Shown here in pieces: positions 8,995-20,182 of a DNA stretch of 64,000 bases. The translations under genes were made by a program, and so were the position numbers. Origin of the DNA: Candidatus Heimdallarchaeota archaeon (GTDB taxonomy: Archaea > Asgardarchaeota > Heimdallarchaeia > JABLTI01); NCBI GenBank assembly GCA_019058275.1, contig JAHLVW010000047.1, positions 1-64,000 of the forward strand, read 5' to 3'. The notes under the pieces are model-generated. The model did no database searches, was not told where the DNA came from, and saw nothing but the letters and a program-made list of their open reading frames with translations. Position 1 is the stretch's first letter. Each line of letters begins with the position of its first letter.

Positions 8995-10122
8995 TTAGAT
9001 CTTTCCTTCTCTCTTTAGTTTAGCAATTTCCTTAAATTTATCTGGTAGATATTCATCAACAACAAATGTTAGACTTTTAGATGTCAGTGATTGCTGTTCA
9101 GACTTTTGTTTTAATTTCAAGAATTTCTTTAATTCCTCTTGTAAGTAGGGTTTCTGGTATCTTGGATCTCGAAGAAGTTGAACTGTCCTAACAGTATCAC
9201 CTTTAGTAAATTGATCTGTTGGAAGCTCGTATTTAGTAATATCACTTGCTGTTAATCCCATCCAGATTGCATCCGGTGTTGTAAGGCCTATTAAATGTGC
9301 AGCTGCAGCACTACCTGAAGCAATAACATTGTAAATATGCACACCCCAGGGGTCACCGTCTACAAAAGCGTAAACAGGTAATTTGAGTTCTGCATTTATT
9401 CTTCTAATTAATCGACGAGTTCCACGAGGTGCTTGACCTGCTAAATGAACTAAAATAGCATTAAACTGTTCGTCTGCATCTTCTTCAATCAATCTTTGAA
9501 ACATACCACCTGACTCAATGCAAATAACCTTATCAGCTGAGGTTTTCACAAAATCACTTTTGACAAGTGTTGGACCAATAGTTTGACCATCAGGATTAAA
9601 CGTTAGATTAATTTCACGTTTTCCTTTTGTTTTCTTGTCTTGAAATGAAACAGTCAAATCACCATAAATTGTGCTTCTTGCATCTGGAAAGATATTGAAA
9701 TCTTCACGTGCCATACCAATTACTGCTTCAACATCTGTAATTACATTGTCAGATTCTGATTGATTTTTGAACATCTTCGCAAGTGCTGATTCTGAAGAAT
9801 AATACAAATCTCTCAAGGTACTTGTTCTACCTGGTTCTAAAAGGTCTCTAGCAGCAAATGAAGCAACATATAGTGTTTGTAAAAATGGTTTCAAATGCCT
9901 TACATTACTAGCGGATCTCTTTACTTTTCGTTTTCCAACTGTATATTGTCTCATTTTTTGATCATAATAAATATTGGAACTGGATCTCAAAGGCATCTCA
10001 AATTCAGGATAATTTTCTGCTTCAATTTGTGTGTAAACATTCTTTCCAAGAGAAACTAATTTTTTGAATGCTTTCTTCTTAACCTCATCAGCATGAGTGC
10101 CAGGTTTAGTTTGCTTTGACAT
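8995..10122 (-). CDS. top6A: DNA topoisomerase VI subunit A
   Basis: TLRDLYY (catalytic Tyr), IESGGMFQRL, DGDPWG TOPRIM motif and K.EQQSL. Confidence 0.96.
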   Translation of the reverse strand: MSKQTKPGTHADEVKKKAFKKLVSLGKNVYTQIEAENYPEFEMPLRSSSNIYYDQKMRQYTVGKRKVKRSASNVRHLKPFLQTLYVASFAARDLLEPGRTSTLRDLYYSSESALAKMFKNQSESDNVITDVEAVIGMAREDFNIFPDARSTIYGDLTVSFQDKKTKGKREINLTFNPDGQTIGPTLVKSDFVKTSADKVICIESGGMFQRLIEEDADEQFNAILVHLAGQAPRGTRRLIRRINAELKLPVYAFVDGDPWGVHIYNVIASGSAAAAHLIGLTTPDAIWMGLTASDITKYELPTDQFTKGDTVRTVQLLRDPRYQKPYLQEELKKFLKLKQKSEQQSLTSKSLTFVVDEYLPDKFKEIAKLKREGKI

Positions 10123-10143
10123 TTTATCACATTCCCAATGTAA

Positions 10144-11637
10144 CTACTTATTCTCATAAACGAAATCAAGCGATGGTACTTCCTTTTTACCACTAAGCTT
10201 AGTAGCAAATTGAGCAATATAAGGCATATATTTCTCAAAAATGCTTATTCGTATTTTTGAACGTTCTTCTCGTTCAACTCTTGAAAGATAAACTCTTAAT
10301 TTTCTAGCACAAACTTGCATTGCTAATCTTACTTCTCGTTCTAATTCCTCTCGATCTGATATAGATTCTTTGCCTGCAGTGCGATATGGAACCTTAGTTG
10401 ATGCAATATGTGTTATAATAGCTAGCTTTGAGTTATCATGAACCTTATACATTCGCCAATTGAATGTTCTAATTATTTTAGCACAAACATCGGCATATTG
10501 ATCATAGAGAAGGGGAATTCGATTAGCAAAACGATAAAGAGTAGGTTCTGAAGATCTTTCTATTATGTTTCCACCAAAAGCCATGGCAACTTCAACAATA
10601 AAGGGATGTCCAGAATATGCTTGTGGTTTCCTTGTAACTGTAGTAATGAAGTCTGGTTCTAGTTCTTTTTGGATGCCTGCTGTAAGGACTTCCTCACCAA
10701 TAGGTGACAAACATTTAGTTTCAGGGGATAAGAAATCCTCGAAAGTATTCATCCCTTTTACACATCTAACAATTTCTTCATGGTTTAATTTATTGGGAGC
10801 CTTTTCAGGATTAATATTCACAAATTTTAAGAAACTTTGTGCAGTTTTTACACCTACTCTTTGGAAATTACTCTGTAAGAATTTTCTCATAGTCTTTTGT
10901 CTTGCAATTCTAATTAATCTAAGCATTTTCTCTGTGTCTATTCCTCTTGGATGTGGTAATACTGCTTCTCCAAGTTTAGGAACTTCATCAATCACTTTAT
11001 TGAATTTGTAGAGAATTCCATAGGCATCAATGAACGTGATATTTGCATACGGTGCCACCATAGCAGTTGATTCAATATAATCCAAGATTTTTGTATGAGC
11101 TCTTCTATAATCTCCCTCAATATTTACTTCAACAGCTACTCCATGCCATTTTTTCTTGTTGGGAATTTGCCCATGATAATGGATTATAGGTTCATTCCTT
11201 TGAATATTAATCATTAAATGGTATTCGTCAATAACATCACTTCCTCTACTACAACTCAATACTCTTGTAGGGAGATTAGTTGTAATTTGGGAATAGAGAA
11301 CAGTCATAGACGCTCCAAGTCCAAAATGACCTCTAGATTGTCTTTCTACATATTTTCCTCCAAAAAGAAGTTTAGCTAAAGCTTTTGGAACCTTATCACC
11401 TGGAATGCCTATTCCATTGTCACTAATGAAAATAGTAAAGACATCTTCACTTCGCTGTTTAAAGGAAACGAAAATATCAGGATTAATTCCACCTATTTCT
11501 GCACCATCAAATGAATTCTCAATGATCTCTCTAAATGCAGTATAAAGACTTTTTACAGGAGAATCAAATCCAGCTAATTCTCGATTCCTGTAAAAGAAAT
11601 CAGCTGGAGAAAGTTGCTTGAATTCCACCTTGCTCAA
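10144..11637 (-). CDS. top6B: DNA topoisomerase VI subunit B
   Basis: SPADFFYRN, EIIENSFD, DNGIGI, SRG.FGLG GHKL motifs and RFANRIPLLY. Confidence 0.96.
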   Translation of the reverse strand: MSKVEFKQLSPADFFYRNRELAGFDSPVKSLYTAFREIIENSFDGAEIGGINPDIFVSFKQRSEDVFTIFISDNGIGIPGDKVPKALAKLLFGGKYVERQSRGHFGLGASMTVLYSQITTNLPTRVLSCSRGSDVIDEYHLMINIQRNEPIIHYHGQIPNKKKWHGVAVEVNIEGDYRRAHTKILDYIESTAMVAPYANITFIDAYGILYKFNKVIDEVPKLGEAVLPHPRGIDTEKMLRLIRIARQKTMRKFLQSNFQRVGVKTAQSFLKFVNINPEKAPNKLNHEEIVRCVKGMNTFEDFLSPETKCLSPIGEEVLTAGIQKELEPDFITTVTRKPQAYSGHPFIVEVAMAFGGNIIERSSEPTLYRFANRIPLLYDQYADVCAKIIRTFNWRMYKVHDNSKLAIITHIASTKVPYRTAGKESISDREELEREVRLAMQVCARKLRVYLSRVEREERSKIRISIFEKYMPYIAQFATKLSGKKEVPSLDFVYENK

Positions 11638-11789
11638 TGGTTATCACTCAATTATTGCGCTCTAGTTTTCTATTTCCATTCCTCAATTATAATTTTTTGG
11701 CATTGAAAATTAACACTTGCTATTTTTGTTAGTTTTATGTTGAAAGAATAGAGTTTAAAAAACAAAAAATCGATTTAATTCTGAGAAAG

Positions 11790-12965
11790 ATGTCCGAAGA
11801 AAGAAAAGATGATGAATGGGAAATCCCTGATATACCTACGATTGGTAAACCTGATGAATCTATTGATACGGTAGCTATTGTGGAAAAAGTCTACACAGAA
11901 GTTCTTGAGGAATTAGAATCACAATATCTTGAATCAAAAGATGAATTTGTAACTGATGAGGAACACATCAAAGGGCTTGCTATTGAAGTATGTGAAGCTG
12001 ACAAGAAAAAACGAGCAAAGTTTAAGGAAATGCCCCCCAAGAAAAGAACTACTTTTATGACATTAATTATGATTCTATCTTCTGGATTTATAACACTAGT
12101 ATTTAGTGTTGCTTTACATTTTTCACCTATGATTAATCAGGATAGAAAAGGTCTAATGAATGCACTACCAGGAAATTTCATTACAGAACTAATGATACTC
12201 TGGTTAGTCTCATTAGTAGCATTCTTCGTTTTGTTGCCACTCTTTCCTTATCTATCAAAATTGTATATCTTCGCACATAAATTGGTCAAACTATTCAAGT
12301 TTGAATACAGCATTGTAGAAACAGATGAACATTATTTAAATTTCAAAGAAGTTTTGAGTAGGATCTTAATTCCCTACTTGTTTAGTTTTGTATTAGGGTA
12401 TTGGATATCGACTTGGTTTTTTATCCCGAACATGGGCAATTTGGGAGCCAATGCTATTGCAACATCAACATTAATTTATTTCCTATTTTCACTGATCTTA
12501 TTACCTCTTACAATATTGTTTATTGCACCATTGTGGTTGCTTGATGATACAGGAATAATATCCATGAAAAAACGTAAAGAAGGTGATAGAAAAATACCAG
12601 ACATGGAAGGACCTACAGTCTTCTTCTTTGATTTCTTTACTGGTTCAACATATACACTAGCTGCAATAACATTTGTTAAATTTTTCATCAATCTATTCAG
12701 CAAATTTAGTTATGATATTTTTATTGCTTTTTGGTTTATAATCTTATTAATTCTACCTGCACAAATATTACCTATAATTTATCTTTATGAGAATTTCATG
12801 CGAAAGTCAAAACGTAAATTACTAAAGATACTTCCAGATAAGTTAGTTGACAAAACACCAAAAACAGTAGTCGATATCTCAGCGTTAGATCCATTTAGTA
12901 CTTATGGTATAGAGGTAAAAATCGATAAGTTAGATGATGAAACTAGTCAAAACATCGAAACCTAA
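11790..12965 (+). CDS. hypothetical membrane protein with acidic N-terminal domain and about 6 TM helices
   Basis: 391 aa ORF; six hydrophobic stretches after an acidic region of about 85 aa. Confidence 0.7.
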   Translation: MSEERKDDEWEIPDIPTIGKPDESIDTVAIVEKVYTEVLEELESQYLESKDEFVTDEEHIKGLAIEVCEADKKKRAKFKEMPPKKRTTFMTLIMILSSGFITLVFSVALHFSPMINQDRKGLMNALPGNFITELMILWLVSLVAFFVLLPLFPYLSKLYIFAHKLVKLFKFEYSIVETDEHYLNFKEVLSRILIPYLFSFVLGYWISTWFFIPNMGNLGANAIATSTLIYFLFSLILLPLTILFIAPLWLLDDTGIISMKKRKEGDRKIPDMEGPTVFFFDFFTGSTYTLAAITFVKFFINLFSKFSYDIFIAFWFIILLILPAQILPIIYLYENFMRKSKRKLLKILPDKLVDKTPKTVVDISALDPFSTYGIEVKIDKLDDETSQNIET

Positions 12966-14302
12966 AATGATTCATTTATTTTAATTTCAATTCCAAAATA
13001 TCGTAATTTGTTGAAGAATTTTTCTTCAACAACACTCTCTTTTATACTTCTAGCAAAATTAATGTATAAATCATCAAAGTAAGTGAGTAATGCACAACTT
13101 GATTTAAAGTACGGATGATTCATAGGTAATAATTGAATGCCTAAAACCTCTTCATTCAGAGGTATGGGCATTGAGGTTCTACCTAGATTAGTGAGAAATG
13201 CAGAGAAAAGTGCTTCGCCTGTTTTTCGATATATAGGTTTTACAAACCAACTTTTTAGAAAAGATGGAGTTGCATGAACAAAAGGATTAACCTCCATAGC
13301 AACATAATTAGAAATTATTTGTACAAGATATTTCTCATTTATGTGTAAATTTTTGTAATGATGAACTTGTTCAATTATTTCCTTAAATGAAAATTCACCA
13401 AGACGCGGATCAATACCTGGTGCTATAAACATAGTGAAATTTCTCATTGTTTTAGATGGAATGAGCTTTCTAGCATTAATAGGAATCATTATTCTTATAG
13501 GTCGTTTTTTTCGTTTAAGCTGCTTCTTTGGCATCTCGAACATTATTTCTTGTAAAGCCTCTATGTAAACTGCTGTTAAAAATTCAGTCAATGTAACTTG
13601 CCATTTTTTGGAATTCTCAAGGACATCGTTAACATTCATTTTTCCGCTAATGACATATGTTACTCCTAATTTTTCCTTTTCAAATGGTAAATGAAATGCT
13701 CTGTATACTTTTCCTATCTTTGGTATGCCAATCTTGAAGTTTTTTCTATATGAATATTCGAATTCTTCTGCTAATGGTGTTTGATTAGGTCTGAAAATAT
13801 CCCCCCAATCATTGGTTACAAATCCCTTAAGTGTCAAATATTCAGCAGTAAGTGCTTTAAGGAAAGTTAAGGCACCTACCCCATCTGTTAAACAATGATT
13901 AAACTCAACGATTATTTTATTATAACTTGCTATTATCCTATATGGAAATGTGTTTGGTTCTTTAATAGGTATATATTGTAATGGATAATCAGTTTCATGA
14001 GTGATTTGTGGTATTTCTGTTGTTGTCTTCCATTTATGCCAGAGAAAACCTCGAGATAATTGAACTTGATAATATGGAAAACGGCCTATAATATTATCAA
14101 CTGCTTTTTGGAGGTCATCAACATTGACAAGTTCTTTAAGGGAAACCCAAAAGCGATAGACAGTAGGGATTCTGGGCGATGAGACATATGTGAAAAGTTT
14201 TCCAGCGACATCTAATCGGTATTTTTCTTTGATGAGTGATTTTGCATCATCGATGTCTTCATCATCTTTTTCTTGTTGCAGAGACTCATCTTTTATTTTC
14301 AT
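12962..14302 (-). CDS. alcohol acetyltransferase / condensation-domain acyltransferase
   Basis: HxxxDG motif (FNHCLTDG), PINAR...PSKTMRNF and TNLG. Confidence 0.8.
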   Translation of the reverse strand: MKIKDESLQQEKDDEDIDDAKSLIKEKYRLDVAGKLFTYVSSPRIPTVYRFWVSLKELVNVDDLQKAVDNIIGRFPYYQVQLSRGFLWHKWKTTTEIPQITHETDYPLQYIPIKEPNTFPYRIIASYNKIIVEFNHCLTDGVGALTFLKALTAEYLTLKGFVTNDWGDIFRPNQTPLAEEFEYSYRKNFKIGIPKIGKVYRAFHLPFEKEKLGVTYVISGKMNVNDVLENSKKWQVTLTEFLTAVYIEALQEIMFEMPKKQLKRKKRPIRIMIPINARKLIPSKTMRNFTMFIAPGIDPRLGEFSFKEIIEQVHHYKNLHINEKYLVQIISNYVAMEVNPFVHATPSFLKSWFVKPIYRKTGEALFSAFLTNLGRTSMPIPLNEEVLGIQLLPMNHPYFKSSCALLTYFDDLYINFARSIKESVVEEKFFNKLRYFGIEIKINESF

Positions 14303-14422
14303 ATATATCCCACAATAATGTTTAACTTCTTAGCAATCCTCATGATTTCTTGAGAATTTCTAATTGATTGTATTCAAGTGAATATTAACATATAGTTCCA
14401 TTAAGATATGATATTTGAATCT

Positions 14423-14917
14423 TTATTTCTTTGTTAGATTTGCTTTTATCTCTGATAACCAACGTTTCAATCGTTCCATAACAGAGCCTTTATCTTGTTG
14501 CAAGGGATCTTTAAAACCAATTTCATCTACTATTTCATTTCCTTTCAATGCTTTTGTCATATGTTTAGAGATTCTTCCTCTTTTGACAGTAAAACAATAG
14601 AAAAGAGCAATTTTCTTTCCTTCAATCTTTTCATTTGAAAAGAATGATCGAATAGCTGGAGCATATGTACCAGACCAAATTGGTGTTCCTATGAAAAGTA
14701 AATCATAATCATTAATTTTTATATCATAAGGTTTAAGCAAGGGTTTAGTTTTCATTAAAACTTGTTTCTCACCTAGATATTTCTTCATATAATCCTTTGA
14801 TTCAACATCCTTTTCTAATTTCAACTCAAGAACATCAGCATCAAAATCATCAGCTATTGTATCACCAATAATTTTGGTATCGCCTTCGAATGAGTAATAA
14901 ATAACAAGGGTCTTCAA
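14423..14917 (-). CDS. flavodoxin family protein
   Basis: YYSFEGDTK and IGTPIW FMN-binding motifs. Confidence 0.88.
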   Translation of the reverse strand: MKTLVIYYSFEGDTKIIGDTIADDFDADVLELKLEKDVESKDYMKKYLGEKQVLMKTKPLLKPYDIKINDYDLLFIGTPIWSGTYAPAIRSFFSNEKIEGKKIALFYCFTVKRGRISKHMTKALKGNEIVDEIGFKDPLQQDKGSVMERLKRWLSEIKANLTKK

Positions 14918-15103
14918 GTTCTATTCAACTCTAATTATTAGTTCTCAATTCTCTCTTTTATCTTTATCATTCATAAATTTAAGATTAATGAATGTTTTAA
15001 GTTTAGTTATGAAGATTATTGGCAAAGATTTTAATGTTACACTAGTTATTTTCTGATAATCAAGAGGAACTGTAAATCAAACAAATGTTAAATGGTGGAT
15101 TAA

Positions 15104-16462
15104 TTGGCTACGGAGAAATTCGACCTTATAATAATTGGCGCTGGAACAGCTGGTAGTTTAGCAGCATATTCAGCAGCAAAAAATGGGTTAAATAAAATCG
15201 CACTAATAGATAGAAAACGAAAAGAGCAAATAGGTAAGAAAATTTGTGGGGATGGCATTGGTACAAAGCATTTAACTTTTTTACAGGAAATTGGTTTTCC
15301 AATTAATGAAAGTAATATTATAACTAATTCCATTAAAACTGCTCACATAATCTCACCAGACCATGAGAAAAATTACTCTCTCCCAGTTGAAGGACAATTA
15401 ACAATAATAAATCGTCATAGGTTTGGTCAAGTACTACTAGATGAAACATTAAATGAAGGAGTAAAGCTATTCGATAAAACATCTTTCAGAGAAGTTGAAG
15501 TTAAGAGCAATGTTGCCAAAGCAAAATTCCTTGAGAAAGGTAATGGTATCTTAAATTTAGAAGCTCCGCTCCTTGTTGATGCATCTGGAATAAACTCCAA
15601 GATTAGAGAGGGATCAGCTTTCTTTGATGAATCAGCTAAACTAAAAGATGATGAGCAATATTATTGTTATAGAGAAATAAATCATATAGAGAATCCTCCC
15701 GAGCATTATGTTGATAGTGCTATTTTCGAATTCAGTTATAACCTAACTAAAGGTGGATATAAGTGGTTTTTCAGTAGAGGAAATAACGAATTCAATATGG
15801 GAATTGGCGTTCCAAAAGCTTGGATAGCTGAGGTATCACCTAAAATCGTTTATCAAAATGATATGAGTTCAAGATTTGATCAATCTAAAGTTATGGATGC
15901 AGGTGTTGGGTTTGTGCCAACACATCACCCAATACCCTCACATGTAAAGGATAATATTGTGCTAATAGGTGATGCAGGTCTGATAGTAAATCCACTTCAT
16001 GGTGGAGGATTGAGTCCATCATTAGCTTCAGGCTATATCATTGGCAAAATAGCTGCTAATTTGATTCCTAATGAAGCATTATCAGAAAATGATTTGTGGA
16101 TTTTCAATAAAAAGATACATGAAAGATATGGACTTAGATACTCAATCCTTGATTTATATAGAATTCTTCTTCAGAACATTTCTGATAATGAATTAAATCA
16201 TGCGTTAAAAGAAGAATATCTGCCTTTAGGAAGCATCTTCTATGCTCGTGAATATGATATCTTAATGAAACTTTCTAGAAAACTTGGTGAAGTTTGGAAG
16301 GACATTCCAAATGAACGATTTAGTGCACTGCCTAAATTTATTGAAAACGTCTATGATGTAACAAATAGATATCCCGAATCACCTGAAGAACTGTCAAACT
16401 GGGCAACAGAATATAATAGAATCTATTCTAAATATCAATCATTAATTTCTATTCGAAACTAA
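15104..16462 (+). CDS. geranylgeranyl reductase family FAD oxidoreductase
   Basis: GAGTAG, KICGDGI, VDASG, GGYKWFF and GDAG..VNPLHGGG. Confidence 0.88.
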   Translation: MATEKFDLIIIGAGTAGSLAAYSAAKNGLNKIALIDRKRKEQIGKKICGDGIGTKHLTFLQEIGFPINESNIITNSIKTAHIISPDHEKNYSLPVEGQLTIINRHRFGQVLLDETLNEGVKLFDKTSFREVEVKSNVAKAKFLEKGNGILNLEAPLLVDASGINSKIREGSAFFDESAKLKDDEQYYCYREINHIENPPEHYVDSAIFEFSYNLTKGGYKWFFSRGNNEFNMGIGVPKAWIAEVSPKIVYQNDMSSRFDQSKVMDAGVGFVPTHHPIPSHVKDNIVLIGDAGLIVNPLHGGGLSPSLASGYIIGKIAANLIPNEALSENDLWIFNKKIHERYGLRYSILDLYRILLQNISDNELNHALKEEYLPLGSIFYAREYDILMKLSRKLGEVWKDIPNERFSALPKFIENVYDVTNRYPESPEELSNWATEYNRIYSKYQSLISIRN

Positions 16463-16548
16463 GAAGTAAATCTTAGTTGCATTTTTTTATTCTACATGAC
16501 ACCAATGAAACATTTTTTAATGTTTAAATTACTTTTAATCATCAAAAT

Positions 16549-18039
16549 TTGGAGCCAAATTCTTTGGAAACTACACCAGAAGTTGAAACTACCCCACTAT
16601 CGGTTGGTGTAGATTCTAATCAACCTTCAACTATAGAAGTTTTAAAGAATGCTCCATTTATGTTACTACTTTCAGCCCAATTTACACAAAACATCGGTGC
16701 AGCAGTATCTTGGTTAGCGATGCAATTTCTGTTCTTCAAATTAACTGGTAGCCCTGGAATAATGGGACTGCTTTCAATAGTTTTTTGGCTTCCATATGTA
16801 ATTTTTACACCATTTGCAGGTGTACTCGTAGACAGGTATGATCAGAGAAAGATTATGTTATACTCAAATTTCTTAAGTTTCATCGCATCAGTAGGTTTTA
16901 TTATTGTTTATCTCTTCAAAGATCAACTATTTTTACATGAATTTGTTACTGTCATAACTGATTCAGGAAATACCATAATACAAGATGTTGTGAACCCTAT
17001 TCATGTAATTTGGTTAATGTTTGTTCTAACATTCATTAATTCATCTGCAGCTTCAGTGTTTTTCCCCGCAAGGAACGCTTATACTCGATTAATTGTCAAG
17101 AAAAAGAATTTATTGAAAGCTAATTCCATAGCTTCTACAATTTACCAAGTTGCTACCATTGTAGGATATGTATTAGCGGGTATTCTTGCAGGGATAAGCT
17201 ATTTAGGTAGTTTTATTTTTGACGCAAGTACTTTTGCTTTCTCGCTAACTATGATAATTTTCCTTATACTTGTTGGTAAAAAACCTCCAGATGTAGAACG
17301 AGTGGAGGAACACACATTTAGAGCACAATTGAAGGGTGTATATGATGATTTAGTTATTGGTTATAGAACAATACGTAATGCTCCAAAAATAACATACATG
17401 CTAATAGTTTTTGCGTCAGCAATATTTTCATTTTCTGCATTTAATGTGCTATTTATTATAATTCTGCAAGGTGAAATGGGTCTTAATGAAACTTGGTACG
17501 GCATCCTACAATCTGTTATGGGGATATCAGGTATTATTACATCTCTAATCCTTATGTCAATAGGTGTAATAAAGAAGAAGATTGCAATGCTAAATTATTC
17601 TTTAGTAGGAGCCACTCTCTTTCTTGTGTTCTTTGCTTTTGTGAGAAATGTTTGGGGAATTGGAGCATTGCTGTTAGTATTTGGGGTTGTTATAGCGATC
17701 ATAAACGTTTCAGCACCAACTCTAATTCAAGAACAGATTTCTTATGAGAAACAAGGAAGAGTCTTTGGAACCCAACAAATGATACAAGGTGTCGCCCGTT
17801 TGGTTGGCATGGGTATTGTTTCAGTGATAGCTGAAATAGATGTTGTATTGCCAATGTATATTCTATTTGTTGCTGCTGGATTACTAGCAATTATAATGAT
17901 ATGGGGATTAATCTATTCAAATCGAAGTGGAGTATCAGGAGAAGATTATGAAGAAGTTAGTCAAGAATTAATAACTACTGCTACTAGCTCATCTATCGCT
18001 CAAATAACTCCTGGAACATCTAAAACATATGAAAAATAA
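16549..18039 (+). CDS. MFS transporter (MFS_3/MefA-like)
   Basis: About 12 TM helices; motif A GVLVDRYDQRK; QGRVFG. Confidence 0.9.
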   Translation: MEPNSLETTPEVETTPLSVGVDSNQPSTIEVLKNAPFMLLLSAQFTQNIGAAVSWLAMQFLFFKLTGSPGIMGLLSIVFWLPYVIFTPFAGVLVDRYDQRKIMLYSNFLSFIASVGFIIVYLFKDQLFLHEFVTVITDSGNTIIQDVVNPIHVIWLMFVLTFINSSAASVFFPARNAYTRLIVKKKNLLKANSIASTIYQVATIVGYVLAGILAGISYLGSFIFDASTFAFSLTMIIFLILVGKKPPDVERVEEHTFRAQLKGVYDDLVIGYRTIRNAPKITYMLIVFASAIFSFSAFNVLFIIILQGEMGLNETWYGILQSVMGISGIITSLILMSIGVIKKKIAMLNYSLVGATLFLVFFAFVRNVWGIGALLLVFGVVIAIINVSAPTLIQEQISYEKQGRVFGTQQMIQGVARLVGMGIVSVIAEIDVVLPMYILFVAAGLLAIIMIWGLIYSNRSGVSGEDYEEVSQELITTATSSSIAQITPGTSKTYEK

Positions 18040-18190
18040 ATTACTCTTGAAAAGTTTGCTTTCATTTGGATTAATTCTTTAATTACTAATTTGATTATTT
18101 ATTCAATCAATTATTTCCATATTTTCAATATCTTAAAATAGTTGACTTCTTTTTATAAACCAATCAAAATAGTGCTCTTAAGATAATTAG

Positions 18191-19222
18191 TTGATTATAA
18201 TGGCTAATGGAAATGCAATAGATTGTATGGATCTCACCAAAGTTTTCATAAAAAGAAAAATAGGTAAAAGTGAAGGATTTACTGCAGTAGATAGTATTGA
18301 TTTAGCAATTCCAAAGAATATGATTTTTGGTTTTCTTGGACCAAATGGTGCAGGAAAAACAACTACAATAAGAATGCTTGTTGGAGCATTAAAACCAACA
18401 AATGGTGATATTTTCATTAATGGTATTAATTTAGCTGATAATCAAGTTGATGCTCTAGATTTGGTTGGTTATATTCCTGAAAATTCTAGGGCATATTATC
18501 ATGATGTTAATGCAAAGGATTTTGTGCGTTACATGGGTATCATTAAAGGTCTACCACATGAAGTAGCTAAAAACCAAGCAATAGAAAAACTGGAATTTGT
18601 TGGATTGAAAGATAATAAAGAAAAGCAAATTTCCAAAATGTCAGGTGGGCAAAAACAACGAGTAGGTTTAGCTCAAGCACTTATAGGTGATCCTGAAATT
18701 TTGATATGTGATGAACCAACAGCAAATCTTGATCCTGTTGGAAAAACAGAAGTTGCAAAGTTATTTGAAATTTTGAAAAAAGAAGGGAAGACAATTTTCA
18801 TTAGTTCACATTTACTAATTGAATTGCAACCTATTGCAGATATGATTAGCGTAATTAATCATGGACAAGTGGTTCAATCTGGTACAATAAAAGAATTACT
18901 TGAAAAATATCAACCAACAAGCTATTTCTTATCAGTAAACAATGCAGATCCAATCGTTGAGCGTTTAAAGAGAAGTGTAATCGTTGATGAAATAAGAATC
19001 ACTCAGAATGGCTTAATCATAACAACAAATGAATCTAGTAAGTTATGTGAAATAGTTCCAAAAATAATTGCAGAAGAAAATTTACTTCTAATGGAGTTCA
19101 AACCAATGCAAAGTCCATTGGAAAGAATTTTCTTCGGTTCAATTTCATCAAGTGATGCTGAGGAAGGATTCCTTGAAAGGAATAATCACAAACAAGAATA
19201 TCAAAAAGGCGAACAACTATGA
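18191..19222 (+). CDS. ABC transporter ATP-binding protein (ABC-2 type)
   Basis: GPNGAGKTT, MSGGQKQR, ICDEPT and SSH. Confidence 0.95.
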   Translation: MIIMANGNAIDCMDLTKVFIKRKIGKSEGFTAVDSIDLAIPKNMIFGFLGPNGAGKTTTIRMLVGALKPTNGDIFINGINLADNQVDALDLVGYIPENSRAYYHDVNAKDFVRYMGIIKGLPHEVAKNQAIEKLEFVGLKDNKEKQISKMSGGQKQRVGLAQALIGDPEILICDEPTANLDPVGKTEVAKLFEILKKEGKTIFISSHLLIELQPIADMISVINHGQVVQSGTIKELLEKYQPTSYFLSVNNADPIVERLKRSVIVDEIRITQNGLIITTNESSKLCEIVPKIIAEENLLLMEFKPMQSPLERIFFGSISSSDAEEGFLERNNHKQEYQKGEQL

Positions 19223-20148
19223 ATGAGACACGAATTGAAAAACAATTAAAAGGCAATAAGAATACTAATTGGAATTCATTTTGGTCTGTACTTGGATTTG
19301 AGTTGCGACGTAATTTTACTTCACGAGGTTTTATCATTTTTATTGGAGTTTATCTTTTTATGGGACTATTTATGGCTTTAATCATTGGCGCTTCTTTTGA
19401 TGCTCTAATTAAAGAATTTGGAGAACTTAATCTACCTGATCAATATAATTTCTTTACAGATATTGAAATTAATTCGAAAACATGGGCAAATTTCTTTTCT
19501 GTAAACATGAGTGTCAGTATTTTTATTGGGCAAATGGGTATCATAGCAGCATGCTTCTATGGAGCAAAAATGATTTCACAGGATCTCTCATCTGGTGGAA
19601 TGGCATTAGTTTCTTCTTCTCGAGTTAAACGTGAAGTAAATATTATCGCCAGATATATTTCAGCCTGTATAATCGTTTTTGTTTTACTTATAGTAAGTAC
19701 ATTCTTCTCAATATTTTGTATGGATGTAGTTGCTGTTATTCTGGCAAAGAATGTAGAATTTGGTGAAACACTTGGATACTCTATTGTTTATTTCTTGAGA
19801 GCATTACTTCCAATATTCCTTTTCACTATAGCTGTAACTTCAATAGGTGTCTTAGTTGGAGTTTTCATTCGCAATCCAACATTAGCAATAGTTGGATCAA
19901 TTATCGCTTTAGTTTTCTATGATTCTATTTTCTCTTCAATTCAGATTTTTGTTCCACCAGAATGGAACTTAGAATATCTCTCCTTTAGCGCTAATTTAGC
20001 CAATATAGGTTTTTGGACTTATGGTACAGTGTCTGGATCGGAAGTATTTTTTGATTCAGTACCATGGGTCTCACTTGTTATTTTCATCGCATTACCAATC
20101 TTGTCAATGCTATTCTCAATTCTTAGGTTCAGAAAAATGGATATTTGA
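19219..20148 (+). CDS. ABC-2 type transporter permease
   Basis: About 6 TM helices, C-terminal FRKMDI, ATGA overlap with the ATPase gene. Confidence 0.88.
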   Translation: MNETRIEKQLKGNKNTNWNSFWSVLGFELRRNFTSRGFIIFIGVYLFMGLFMALIIGASFDALIKEFGELNLPDQYNFFTDIEINSKTWANFFSVNMSVSIFIGQMGIIAACFYGAKMISQDLSSGGMALVSSSRVKREVNIIARYISACIIVFVLLIVSTFFSIFCMDVVAVILAKNVEFGETLGYSIVYFLRALLPIFLFTIAVTSIGVLVGVFIRNPTLAIVGSIIALVFYDSIFSSIQIFVPPEWNLEYLSFSANLANIGFWTYGTVSGSEVFFDSVPWVSLVIFIALPILSMLFSILRFRKMDI

Positions 20149-20182
20149 ATAACATATACTTTTTTTCTACTTCTTTTTATTT

